Positions 21,459 to 31,083 of a DNA stretch of 64,000 bases are shown piece by piece. Source of the stretch: an uncultured bacterium (GTDB taxonomy: Bacteria > Verrucomicrobiota > Verrucomicrobiia > Verrucomicrobiales > DEV007); contig CAXBMO010000006.1 of NCBI GenBank assembly GCA_963977015.1, forward strand, positions 64,001 to 128,000. The letters run 5' to 3'. Under the pieces are notes generated by a model. It saw only the letters and a list, made by a program, of their open reading frames with translations, did not search any database and was not told where the DNA came from. Made by a program: the position numbers and the translations under genes. Position 1 is the stretch's first letter; each line of letters starts with the position of its first letter.

Positions 21459-21980
21459 ATGCAAACCCAGAAACCATTCAAAGTCCTTTTCCTCTGTTCA
21501 GGAAATTCAGCGCGAAGTATCTTCGCGGAATACATCACAAAGATTGTCGCTCCAGGAAGATTCGAAGCCTTCAGTGCCGGATCTGAACCCCGCGGTGAGG
21601 TGCATCCAATGACGCTTCGCGTCCTGAAAGAGGTGTATCATTTGGAGGCCTCAGATGCCAAAAGCAAGAGTTGGGAGGAATTCAGAAGCCAGGAAGCGGA
21701 CTTCGATTTCGTCATCACGGTTTGTGATCATGCCAGGGATACCTGTCCGACGTGGCCGGGGCAGCCGATTATCGCGCATTGGGGTTCACAGGATCCCGTG
21801 GCGGCACAGGGATCCGATGAAGAGGTCTTCAAGGTGTTCAAGAATGTGTCGATCGAGATTCGTCGTCGCATTGAGTTATTCGCCTCGTTGCCATTTGAGA
21901 AACTCGACCGGTTCCGCTTGGAGGAAATGACCAAGGCAATCGGGGTGACAAGGGAAACTGCGGACACCGAGGGGGCATGA
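21459..21980 (+). CDS. arsC: Thioredoxin-type arsenate reductase (LMW-PTPase fold)
   Basis: CSGNSARS P-loop, 'ITVCDHARDTCP', 'HWGSQDP'. Confidence 0.9.
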   Translation: MQTQKPFKVLFLCSGNSARSIFAEYITKIVAPGRFEAFSAGSEPRGEVHPMTLRVLKEVYHLEASDAKSKSWEEFRSQEADFDFVITVCDHARDTCPTWPGQPIIAHWGSQDPVAAQGSDEEVFKVFKNVSIEIRRRIELFASLPFEKLDRFRLEEMTKAIGVTRETADTEGA

Positions 21981-22049
21981 ACCCGAAGTCCGCATCCGTT
22001 TGATCGGCGGAAATGATGTAGACGATGTTCGGTGGCGTCGCCGCACCAC

Positions 22050-23549
22050 CTATTCCGGGATTCGGTTCAGCGTGTAATAGGCATCCGGATGTTCCAGGCT
22101 CCCGCCCGCCTGATTACGAAGACCTTCCGCTCTCAATTCGTGGACATACATTTCCCGCAGTCCCTCGATTTGAAGGTGGATCCGAAGCCCGTCGTTGCTC
22201 ATGGTTGCCTTCTGAATCTTCAGCGTTTTGCGATCCTCCTCCGGTCCGCCGTAGGTGCCCTGGTAGCGATAGGTATAACTTGAGAGCTGATACGAATCCA
22301 GATTGGTGGCGGTTTTCGGATCGACGGGTTCGGTGAACACCAATTCGAAGCCGTCGGGTTCGGCCCGCATTTCCTGAATCGCAAAGGTCATTTCGCCGTT
22401 CCATCGCACCCGCTGCAATCCGTAGGAGCGACTGCCGAGCGAGGACCAGCCGCGATTCGTCATTCCGACGTAAAGGCTGCCATCGGAACCGAACGTCAAT
22501 CGGAAGACCGCTGCGGGAAACTTGCTGAGGAACGGGAAGCAGGCTCCCTGATACTCGCCGCCAACCTTTTCCAGAAACACGCGATTGATGCTGGAATTGG
22601 TGAACTCGCCAACGAGCAGCTGGCCGTCGAATGGTCCGAACCGTCCGTGTTGATCAATCACTTGAATGTCGGTCGCGCTCCGCCCCATTTTATCATAGGG
22701 CAGCCAGACTGCCGGAGGAACCAATTCGGGCAACGCCTTGACGGCTTCGGGGTAGAGTTGTTTCAGGGGAAGTTCCGCCGACAACTTGAGGGGTGAGTCC
22801 TCCAGATCCTGGGGTGCGATTCCTTCGGGATTTCCGTAAAAGGCGCCGCGCCGGAGATGGTAGATCGGGGTCGTCGGAATCCAGGAACCCTGTTGGTCGC
22901 TGAAAAACAGGTCACCCTCCAGATTGGCGCCGAGGCCGGACGGAGAACGCATTCCGGCGGCTTGCGGAGTGAGACTGGTGTCAGGATTCATCGTGAGGGC
23001 CCAACCTCTCCAGGGAGCGCTGTTGTTGGCGAGGTTGCCCATGTCCAGATTCGTCGTTACCCAAAGATTGCCTTCCCGGTCGCGTTGCGGTCCATAGATG
23101 TAGGCGTGGTAGTTCCCCGAGACATTCCAACCACTCGCGGCGGTGAGATACTCGTCCGAAACGTCATCGCCATCGGTGTCGCGAAGACGCGTAATCTCGG
23201 TGCGTTGCGCGACCAGAAAGCTGTCGCCATCGCGAAGAATGCCGAGTGGTTCATGCAATCCGGAAGCGAATCGATGATAGGTGATGTCTTCGATGGAGTC
23301 GCCATCGACCTTGTCGAGAAACCAGACTTCGCCTTTCCGGATCGTCACGGCGAGGCGGCCATCGGCCGTCCAATCCATACCGCTGACCTCCAGCGCGAGG
23401 CCCTTTCCTGGCTTCCAATCCGGATTCCGCGAGTGCGTTCCGGAGGCGGCGGTGAGGATGTCGAATCGCTCGTAGGACGGCTGGGGTTCGGCGAATCCGA
23501 AACCGGGGAGGACGAAAAAGAGGGAAAAAAGGAAATGGGGTTTCATCAC
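22050..23549 (-). CDS. Secreted beta-propeller (glucose/sorbosone dehydrogenase-like) PVC-type protein
   Basis: Signal peptide; 'FASGLHEPLG', 'DTDGDDVSD', 'GMRSPSG', 'GPFDGQLLVGE'; 4-bp overlap with upstream cytochrome gene. Confidence 0.65.
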   Translation of the reverse strand: MMKPHFLFSLFFVLPGFGFAEPQPSYERFDILTAASGTHSRNPDWKPGKGLALEVSGMDWTADGRLAVTIRKGEVWFLDKVDGDSIEDITYHRFASGLHEPLGILRDGDSFLVAQRTEITRLRDTDGDDVSDEYLTAASGWNVSGNYHAYIYGPQRDREGNLWVTTNLDMGNLANNSAPWRGWALTMNPDTSLTPQAAGMRSPSGLGANLEGDLFFSDQQGSWIPTTPIYHLRRGAFYGNPEGIAPQDLEDSPLKLSAELPLKQLYPEAVKALPELVPPAVWLPYDKMGRSATDIQVIDQHGRFGPFDGQLLVGEFTNSSINRVFLEKVGGEYQGACFPFLSKFPAAVFRLTFGSDGSLYVGMTNRGWSSLGSRSYGLQRVRWNGEMTFAIQEMRAEPDGFELVFTEPVDPKTATNLDSYQLSSYTYRYQGTYGGPEEDRKTLKIQKATMSNDGLRIHLQIEGLREMYVHELRAEGLRNQAGGSLEHPDAYYTLNRIPE

Positions 23550-25588
23550 CAGGTGTAGCGGATGGTTAACGTGTCAGGCTCGGAAAGGATGACTTTGCGC
23601 TTCACGCCTTCCGGGTGCTGAATCAGCTCCGCCGAGAGGTCGGCTTCTTCCCACGTGAGTTGTCGCTCAAAGCCGTTCTCAATCGGACTCAGCCGTTCTT
23701 CGACCGATTCGCCGAGGGCTTCGTAGAGAAAGGTGGGAATGCCCTGATCATCCAATTTGTATCCTCGAAAAGAGGCTTCGAAGCGAGGCTCCCCTTCAAT
23801 GGAGACGATGGCGCTTCCGAGCGGCGTTTCGAAGGGGACGCTGCGGATGAACCACGTTCCGTAGGCGTCGAAAAACTGCCCTTTCCACATCATCATGGGC
23901 CGGCAATGTTCCGCATCATACGCGAAATGGACCTGGCTGGGAAAGCCGACGGCAATGGCGTGCGCGCCGACGCCCTCCATGAAGGCGCGCTGGATGATCG
24001 GGCGATCCGAGGGGACGAGTTCAAAGGCTCCGGTCACGGTTTCCGGGTAGCCTTCGGGTAGGGCGTTACCTTCCTTGGCGAACGCGTAAATCGCGGCGAT
24101 CTGGGCGCGGGTGTCGCCTCCCAGGATCTCCTGGTTCGAAGCAACGCCGCCCGGCCAAAGCGGAGGCATCAGCGTCCCGGGCCGATAGGCCGCCGGGTTC
24201 AGCAAGTAAGATTCCAACCAACCCGGTTGCAAACGGTCCGCGAGATTGCTGATATCGAGCGCCTGGATTCCCAAGGACGGGCGATCGCCCCATTGGTGGC
24301 AGATGATGCAGTTCAGCCCGCCCTGCGTTCCGACCAGTTTTCGGCCAGCGGCCACATTCGTTGCCGGGAGCGGCTTGCTCGGTTTGCGGTCGGCTTCGGC
24401 GAATTCCTGCGCCAATCCATCGGTAAGCTCACCGTAAATCGGCATGCGCGCATGGACGTAGTCTCGAACCCGGTTTTCTCCTTTCAAAACGCCTTCGAGC
24501 CAGTCGGGTTGCAGCTTTCGGCCCGTTCCGGTCAGTGGGGGAGGGTAGCGCCCGGTATCGCCGATGCTGGGATCTCCCGTCAGGTAGGCCTTGCGAGCAT
24601 CGTCGGGACCACCCTTGCCGTTGCGGTCATGACAGGCGTAACAATTCAGCGCCTCGAGTCGCCGGTCGACGCGATCGGGAGGATTTTCTGAGGAACTGAG
24701 AAACGCCGCCAAGGCCGCGCTTTGCGATTCACTGAGATGGTATTGGGGAAGCGCCGCGTTTTCTCCCGTCAGGCAGCCTCCGTTACCGGAAAGGGGGACG
24801 AGTTCCGGTTTGGTCACCTTGGGGATCTCGTGGCACGCCGCGCATTGCTTCGCCTCCACAATCGCTCTGCCTTGGCTGACTTTCTCGGGAACCGGCGTGA
24901 AACGCTTCAAGCGTGGCGCGTTCAATCCGTTGCTATCCTGAAAGTCGAGGAGATGCGCGGCAATATCGATCGAATCCGTGACCTCCATTTCCAGCTTCGG
25001 CATTCGGCCATGGGGACGAGACTTAAGTGGATCGCGAAGAAAGGCGCTCAACGACATCACATCATACTTCGCCGCCAAATCAGGGTAGGCGATGTGCGGA
25101 TAGGTGAAGGCGTCAGGCGCAGGCTGTCCGTCGGCGGGATGAAAGTCCGGACTTGGCGAATGACAGCTTGCGCAACCATGGCGATGAAACAATTCGCTGC
25201 CTCGTTCCGCGTTGACGTGGCGACTCCCTCGGGGCGTTTTGTAGGTTTTGGGAGTGAGTGAGGCCAGATAGTGAACCACCGAATCGGCTTCCTCGTCGGT
25301 TAATCCCAGATGGGGCATCGTCGCGCCAGGGCGTGCCTGTTGCGGATCCAGGAGGAAGTCGCGCGTCCAGTTTGAATCGATTCTCGTGAACACCGCGTTC
25401 AGGTTGGGTCCTTTGCGCGGGGGAAGCTGCGTGGCCTTGTCGTGACAGTTGGCACAGCCGAGCTCGTTGAAGAGCAGGCGCCCGCCTTCGGCGGTTGGTG
25501 CGTTGCGGTGAAAGCGCTCGAAGCCGATCACCATCGGTTCCGCGCTGGCCAGAGAGCTCAGCAGGAGGAGAGCAAAGATGGTTTTCAA
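23546..25588 (-). CDS. Multiheme c-type cytochrome (5 CxxCH)
   Basis: Signal peptide; CANCH, CASCH, CAACH, CYACH, CIICH, with distal 'MP' motifs. Confidence 0.88.
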   Translation of the reverse strand: MKTIFALLLLSSLASAEPMVIGFERFHRNAPTAEGGRLLFNELGCANCHDKATQLPPRKGPNLNAVFTRIDSNWTRDFLLDPQQARPGATMPHLGLTDEEADSVVHYLASLTPKTYKTPRGSRHVNAERGSELFHRHGCASCHSPSPDFHPADGQPAPDAFTYPHIAYPDLAAKYDVMSLSAFLRDPLKSRPHGRMPKLEMEVTDSIDIAAHLLDFQDSNGLNAPRLKRFTPVPEKVSQGRAIVEAKQCAACHEIPKVTKPELVPLSGNGGCLTGENAALPQYHLSESQSAALAAFLSSSENPPDRVDRRLEALNCYACHDRNGKGGPDDARKAYLTGDPSIGDTGRYPPPLTGTGRKLQPDWLEGVLKGENRVRDYVHARMPIYGELTDGLAQEFAEADRKPSKPLPATNVAAGRKLVGTQGGLNCIICHQWGDRPSLGIQALDISNLADRLQPGWLESYLLNPAAYRPGTLMPPLWPGGVASNQEILGGDTRAQIAAIYAFAKEGNALPEGYPETVTGAFELVPSDRPIIQRAFMEGVGAHAIAVGFPSQVHFAYDAEHCRPMMMWKGQFFDAYGTWFIRSVPFETPLGSAIVSIEGEPRFEASFRGYKLDDQGIPTFLYEALGESVEERLSPIENGFERQLTWEEADLSAELIQHPEGVKRKVILSEPDTLTIRYTW

Positions 25589-26499
25589 GCGTTCACCTCC
25601 TTCAGGCAGTTTTCGAGGTAGGTTCGCGACGTGTTGATCGCGGCGGTGACTTCGGCTGCGGTCGGTAGAATCGGGATTCCGCGAGGAACCGGGTGCATGA
25701 AAATCTCCACATAACCGGTGTAGTTGATCTCTTTCAGCGCGCCGACAATCGGCACATAATTGAGGCTTCCGTATCCTGGCATCTGCTGCATCTCGATTTC
25801 CTTGGGGGCTTTTTCCCGAATTCCCTCGGAGTGTTCCTGAAAATAGACGAAGGGAATTTGCTGATCGCCGAGATCGCGGATCAGCGCCGGAATCTCATCG
25901 ACATAGTTGTAAAGATGATGAAGGGCGAAAGCGATCCCGAGGTTGGGCGATTGGTTGAACTCGGCGAAGTAGCGAAGCGAATCCGGCGTGTAGAGAAGCT
26001 GGCGGTCGTGATTTTCAATCGCAATCGTCATGCCAAGCTCCTCCGCTTTGGCGACGTGCGGTTTCATCTTCTCGAGAAACTCCCGAACCGCGACTTTGGC
26101 CTCTTCACCGGACGGTTCGCGAGAGCCCTTGCTGCCGCAAAGCACGATTTCGCCTCCCAGGTTTTTCGCCCAAGCCATTTCGTCCTGAAGCCCGAACGGT
26201 CCCAACGGATAGCGGGTGGAAACGCCGAACTTCACGTCATGTTGCTTCAGCATCGCGGCAAACGCGGCATCGCCCATCGCATCAATCTGCTCTCGCTGAT
26301 TGCCGTGAACCTTGCACCAGATGTCGATCGCCTCGGCGCCGGTTTTCCCGACCTCGGGCATGATGACATCCAGCGGCATCTCGCCATACATGGCCGAGGA
26401 GAGAATGTAGCGGAGGCGAAACGGTTCGGCGTCCTGGGCGATCGCGAAGGGTGCGGCGACCGCGGCGGAAGTTTGGGCAAGGAAGTTGCGTCGGTTCAT
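25585..26499 (-). CDS. Tat-exported sugar-phosphate isomerase/epimerase (xylose-isomerase-like TIM barrel)
   Basis: MNRRNFL twin-arginine signal; 'IAIENH'; 'PGYGSLNY..I...LKEINYTG'. Confidence 0.82.
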   Translation of the reverse strand: MNRRNFLAQTSAAVAAPFAIAQDAEPFRLRYILSSAMYGEMPLDVIMPEVGKTGAEAIDIWCKVHGNQREQIDAMGDAAFAAMLKQHDVKFGVSTRYPLGPFGLQDEMAWAKNLGGEIVLCGSKGSREPSGEEAKVAVREFLEKMKPHVAKAEELGMTIAIENHDRQLLYTPDSLRYFAEFNQSPNLGIAFALHHLYNYVDEIPALIRDLGDQQIPFVYFQEHSEGIREKAPKEIEMQQMPGYGSLNYVPIVGALKEINYTGYVEIFMHPVPRGIPILPTAAEVTAAINTSRTYLENCLKEVNA

Positions 26500-26529
26500 G
26501 AAAGTGGGGTTTTGAGCACGTCGCGGCTT

Positions 26530-27099
26530 TCAGGAAAGAGCGTCGCGCGCTTCTTCCAACATCTTGATCCAAGGTCCCAGGTAGGAACCGTTGTCGTGAA
26601 AGGTTCGTCCGCTCACGAGATTTCCGTCCACGACGCAGGCTTCGTCGACGAACGTTCCGCCGCAGACTTCCAGATCGAACTTGCACTTCGGCACCGTCGC
26701 CATCTTGCGACCGCGCACGCAATCCGCATAGGCCGGAATTTCCACGCCGTGACAAACCGAGGCGATCGGCTTGTTCTCGCGAAAGAAATGTTTTGTGATC
26801 CGCACGAGATCCTCGTCGTAGCGAATGTATTCAGGGGCTCGTCCGCCCGAAAACATGATTCCGAGGTAGTCCTCCTCTTTCACCTCGCTGAATGCCAAGT
26901 CGGCCTGGAGCGTGTAACCTTCCCATTCCTTCGTGATCGTCCAGCCCGGTTTCACCTCGTGCATGACCAGCTGATAGAGCCGCTTTTCCGGTGCGATGAC
27001 GACTGGTTTGATGCCGGCTTCGATCAGGCGGTAGTAGGGGTAAAGAGTGTCTACGGTCTCCGTGGCGTCGCCGATGACAATGAGGGCTTTTGCAGTCAT
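26530..27099 (-). CDS. DJ-1/PfpI family protein
   Basis: 'GGRAPEYIR', nucleophile 'SVCHG', 'VVDGNLVSGR'. Confidence 0.9.
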   Translation of the reverse strand: MTAKALIVIGDATETVDTLYPYYRLIEAGIKPVVIAPEKRLYQLVMHEVKPGWTITKEWEGYTLQADLAFSEVKEEDYLGIMFSGGRAPEYIRYDEDLVRITKHFFRENKPIASVCHGVEIPAYADCVRGRKMATVPKCKFDLEVCGGTFVDEACVVDGNLVSGRTFHDNGSYLGPWIKMLEEARDALS

Positions 27100-27234
27100 G
27101 AATTGATGCTCACAGAAAAACCGGGCTTTGTCATCGCAGATCTTTGTCGCGCTTGTCGCGGCTTGCGAAACACGTTGGAATGCCGCATTCACGCATTTCC
27201 ATTGCGCACCCAAACCAACCAGATAGGGTTTCGG

Positions 27235-28029
27235 ATGCAGGAACAAACGAATCCAGTGGGCCAATCCCAAGTCGATATCGACTGGGAGGGCGTGAATCGC
27301 CGGATCATGCTGGTCGAGCAGATTGGAACGACTGATCTTGATTTGAGTGGACTCGGACTCCCAGAGGTTCCTGAAGCGGTCTGGAATTTGCAAGGATTGG
27401 AGAAGCTCGATCTGAGTCAGAACGCGTTGATCGAAGTTCCAGATGATATTGCGCGACTGGGGAAACTGAAGGAACTCTATCTGGACGAGAATCAGCTGGA
27501 GCGCCTCCCGGAATCATTGTCCGCCCTACAGAATCTGAGGCGGCTGGATGCTTCCAAGAATCAGTTGGCAGGCATTCCGGGGGCGGTGGGTGGCCTGATT
27601 TCTCTCGAGTCGTTGGCGCTGACGAAGAATCGGATCGTCTCGCTACCGCGAGAACTGGGAAAGCTTGGTTCGTTGCGTTCTCTCGCGCTCGGTGGCAATC
27701 AATTGAGCGAGCTTCCCGGTGAATTGGAAGGGCTGACCGAATTGCTGGAGCTGTTTCTGTGGGGAAATGCGTTTGGCGAAGTCCCGGAATGCCTTTCCGG
27801 CTTAACCCGGGTGGAAACGCTTTCGCTGTTTGGGAACGGTTTGAAGTCCCTTCCGCCTTGGCTCCAGACTTGGCCAAATCTCAAAACTTTACACCTGCAG
27901 GGAAACGAAAAGCTGGGAATTCCGGAAGAAATTCTGGGTGACCCGGTGGAAGACCTGATGGGCCCAAACCTCGGGAACGGAGTCGCCGCCGCCGACATCC
28001 TGCGCTTCTACTTTTCGCCTGCGAAGTAA
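27235..28029 (+). CDS. Leucine-rich repeat protein (~9 x 23-aa LRR)
   Basis: Repeated LxxLxLxxNxLxxLPxxIxxL pattern; true start inferred at ATG 27235 inside the 778-aa ORF call. Confidence 0.88.
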   Translation: MQEQTNPVGQSQVDIDWEGVNRRIMLVEQIGTTDLDLSGLGLPEVPEAVWNLQGLEKLDLSQNALIEVPDDIARLGKLKELYLDENQLERLPESLSALQNLRRLDASKNQLAGIPGAVGGLISLESLALTKNRIVSLPRELGKLGSLRSLALGGNQLSELPGELEGLTELLELFLWGNAFGEVPECLSGLTRVETLSLFGNGLKSLPPWLQTWPNLKTLHLQGNEKLGIPEEILGDPVEDLMGPNLGNGVAAADILRFYFSPAK

Positions 28030-28030
28030 C

Positions 28031-29146
28031 CTACTCGCTCAATCCCTGAAGCTGGCCCGCGTATCCCGTCATCTCCAGATAGCCGCGCCCCTGGCGATCG
28101 CCGCTGATGAGGGTCGCGCCTTCCCAGTAGTTGAAAATGTTCAGCCGAAGCTCCTGATCGGGGAACGCCGCTCGAATGTCGAGATTCAGATTCAAACCCG
28201 GCACGGAGACTCCCCAGGCAATCGGGTAAATCCCGCCGCTGGTTTTGCTTTTCCAGGTTCGCTTCGGGTTCAGGGCAAACTCGCCGTCGCCGAGAGAGGT
28301 CGTCGTCCCGTCGGGATGAATGTAGGTGCCGTTGGAAAAATTGACGCCGCCCTCCGGATTGCGCAGCTGAAAGAGCATCAGCTCCGCGCCGTCGTCGAAT
28401 TGCATCGCAAACCAGTCCCAACCCACCTGATCGCGACTCAGGACGCTGGTGCTCCATTCCCGGTCATACCAACTCTTCCCCGTCACCTGGAATTCGCGGT
28501 CCTTGATCCGCAGCGTCCCATTCGAGGCGATCGACGTCAGGGCGAAGTAGTGGGACGCATTGCTGGGATCGGGCGACTTCGCGCTCACGCCGTCTTCACC
28601 GTGAAAAACCGGCGGTTTGGTGGTCGCCAAATCGAGTTTTAGCGCAAATTCCTCTGTCTCCGCCTCGAAACGATAGTTCCCAATCTTGTCGGGCCCGGAG
28701 CCGGGACGCAGAACCCAGTCCTCGATCCACACAATCCGTTCGCCGTCATCACTCCCGGCCTTGCCAAAAGCTCCCCGACTCAGTTTTTCGGCAACGTAGA
28801 ACCGTTGGCTCTTGATGTCGGAAATCGCGAAATGGGCAAACCACACATGATCGACGACGAAATTCGACTTCACCGGCGTTCGCGTACTCGGCGGACGAAC
28901 GCCCTGCCGAAAGAACGTCAGTTGATAGCCGAATCGCCTTCCGGTCTCCGTTTCGACCAGATTTCCCGTGAAATACCACCACTCCGTCTTGAAATCGTCG
29001 TGCGAAAACTCGTCGCGCGGAAAATCGTAGGTCCAGCCCGGCTCCGCCTTGCGCCAGGACGATACGCCGGACTCCGCACCGGCTTCGATCGTCCAAACCA
29101 AGGCAAGTAGCGAGAGCGTGAGGGGCGCGAGACGTTGCAAATTCAT
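28031..29146 (-). CDS. Secreted lipocalin-like/AttH (CrtC-like) family protein
   Basis: 'TEWWYFTGNL', 'GWDWF', 'YWEG', 'GYLEMTGY'. Confidence 0.8.
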   Translation of the reverse strand: MNLQRLAPLTLSLLALVWTIEAGAESGVSSWRKAEPGWTYDFPRDEFSHDDFKTEWWYFTGNLVETETGRRFGYQLTFFRQGVRPPSTRTPVKSNFVVDHVWFAHFAISDIKSQRFYVAEKLSRGAFGKAGSDDGERIVWIEDWVLRPGSGPDKIGNYRFEAETEEFALKLDLATTKPPVFHGEDGVSAKSPDPSNASHYFALTSIASNGTLRIKDREFQVTGKSWYDREWSTSVLSRDQVGWDWFAMQFDDGAELMLFQLRNPEGGVNFSNGTYIHPDGTTTSLGDGEFALNPKRTWKSKTSGGIYPIAWGVSVPGLNLNLDIRAAFPDQELRLNIFNYWEGATLISGDRQGRGYLEMTGYAGQLQGLSE

Positions 29147-29295
29147 TCCTGACTTCAGTTACGCCTGCCATGGGAGATTGGTCCACCTCTGGTTTTCCGG
29201 CCGGAAAAGTATAAAATTCGTGTTTGCGGGACAACGGAACCTTGCGAGCATGCCTGCCCACTGTTAGTGAATCATAACTTCATTTCCCCGAATCG

Positions 29296-30270
29296 ATGCC
29301 TATTCTTGTAACCGGAGCTGCCGGATTTATCGCCTCCACCGTTTCACGCCTTTTGCTCGAAGAGGGCAAGGAAGTGGTGGCCGTTGACAACCTCAACAAC
29401 GCTTACGATCCCCGCTTGAAGCATCACCGCCTCGAAGCGCTCCGTCAGCACGACAATTTCACCTTCCACGAGCTGGATCTGGAAGACCGCGATTCGCTGA
29501 AGAAGGTCTTCGCGGACAACGAGTTTGAAGCCGTTCTCAATCTCGCCGCCCGCGCCGGAGTCCGCTACAGCATGGAAAATCCCTACGTTTACATGACGAC
29601 CAACGGGATGGGCACGCTCAACATCCTGGAGCTGATGCGCGAATTTGGCGTCAAAAAGCACGTCCTTGCCTCCACCTCATCGCTCTACGCCGGCCAGCCG
29701 ATGCCCTACGTTGAAACGGCACCGGTCAACAGCCCGATTTCGCCCTATGCCGCTTCCAAAAAAGCCGCCGAGGTCATGGCCTACGCCTACAAACACCTTC
29801 ACGGAATCGACTCGACGATCTGCCGCTACTTCACCGTCTACGGCCCTGCCGGACGCCCTGACATGAGCGTCTTCCGCTTCACCCGCTGGATCGACAACGG
29901 CGAGCCCATCATCATGTATGGTGACGGTGAGCAATCCCGCGACTTCACCTACGTCGACGACATCGCCCGGGGCACCATCGCCGCGATGAAACCGCTCGGC
30001 TACGAGATCATCAACCTCGGTGGCGGCCAAAACCCCATCTCGATGAACAAAGTCATCAACATGCTCGAAGATCGCCTCGGCAAAAAAGCCAACGTCAACT
30101 ACCTCGACGAGCACATTGCCGACGTCCGTGAAACCTTCGCCGACATTTCCAAAGCCAAGGAACTCCTCGGTTGGGAACCGCAAATCGGTCTCGAAGAAGG
30201 CCTCGACAAAACCGTCGCCTGGTATCGCGAAAACCACGATCTGGCCTGCGAGTTGGATCTGATGGTTTAG
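29296..30270 (+). CDS. NAD-dependent nucleotide-sugar epimerase (UDP-glucuronate 4-epimerase-like)
   Basis: 'VTGAAGFI', 'AARAGVRYS', YAASK, 'VYGPAGRPDM'. Confidence 0.88.
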   Translation: MPILVTGAAGFIASTVSRLLLEEGKEVVAVDNLNNAYDPRLKHHRLEALRQHDNFTFHELDLEDRDSLKKVFADNEFEAVLNLAARAGVRYSMENPYVYMTTNGMGTLNILELMREFGVKKHVLASTSSLYAGQPMPYVETAPVNSPISPYAASKKAAEVMAYAYKHLHGIDSTICRYFTVYGPAGRPDMSVFRFTRWIDNGEPIIMYGDGEQSRDFTYVDDIARGTIAAMKPLGYEIINLGGGQNPISMNKVINMLEDRLGKKANVNYLDEHIADVRETFADISKAKELLGWEPQIGLEEGLDKTVAWYRENHDLACELDLMV

Positions 30271-30614
30271 CCTGAAGACTCGGTTTCAATGATTGCGGCG
30301 ACGTTTTCTCGAAGCGCCGGAATCTTATTGATCACCACGTCCCAGACTACCGAATAGTCTACGCCCTCATAGTTGTGGATCAGGATGTCACGCATCCCGG
30401 CCATGTTCTTCCACTGAACTTCTGGATAGCGTTCCCGAAAATCGTTCGGAAGTTTCTTGGTCGCTTCTCCGATAATTTCGAGGCTGCGGACAAAGGCCCG
30501 TTTGAGCACCTCATGGTGGCCAAAGTGAGCTTCGTCCACGGTTCCTACCTCTTGAATTAAGAAGTCAGACTCGATCAATATATCATTGAGCAGTTCAGGA
30601 ATTGAGGCGGGCAT
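30267..30614 (-). CDS. HEPN/DUF86 (HepT-like) RNase toxin
   Basis: 'RSLEIIGEA', 'W..MAGMRDILIHNY' (Rx4H motif). Confidence 0.9.
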   Translation of the reverse strand: MPASIPELLNDILIESDFLIQEVGTVDEAHFGHHEVLKRAFVRSLEIIGEATKKLPNDFRERYPEVQWKNMAGMRDILIHNYEGVDYSVVWDVVINKIPALRENVAAIIETESSG

Positions 30615-30921
30615 AGCGAACCGTCGGCAAAATGATCCGGGCCTTCCGTTCCGTCAGCGATTCATCGGTCACCAGATCAATGGAACGTCCGAACAGCTCT
30701 TTGAGGAAAAAGTAGAGACTGCAAAGGTTGTCGTAAGTCTTCTTTCCAGGTTGAAATTCAACGTAGACATCAATGTCGCTCTCTTCCGTAGCCTCACCGC
30801 GAGCGAACGATCCAAAAATGCCAAGTTTATCCACTCCCAGGCTCTTAATGTCCTGGGAGTGTTCTTGGAGCAGAAGCAAAGGATCTGCGGAGGTGATCGG
30901 CACAGTGAAGGGTATCATCAT
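30595..30921 (-). CDS. Minimal nucleotidyltransferase (MntA-like) antitoxin
   Basis: 'FGSFARGEATEESDIDVYV' GSx10DxD motif; overlaps the HEPN gene; start uncertain. Confidence 0.88.
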   Translation of the reverse strand: MMIPFTVPITSADPLLLLQEHSQDIKSLGVDKLGIFGSFARGEATEESDIDVYVEFQPGKKTYDNLCSLYFFLKELFGRSIDLVTDESLTERKARIILPTVRYARLNS

Positions 30922-31083
30922 GTTGGTGAAGTGCAAAGTTGTCGGCATTTTGCGAATCCTCCCCAAGCCGCCGTCCGAGGTGCTGACAATTAAAGAACTC
31001 CGACCCGACGGATGAACTCCCGCAATTGCATCGAATCTCGACAACGGGCGCAACCCCTGCTCAATCGCGGTGTTTCGTCTCCC

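Noticed and set aside
25693-27234. 5' part of the 778-aa + strand ORF
   Set aside because: Antisense shadow of the TIM-barrel and DJ-1 genes; only the LRR part from 27235 looks like real protein
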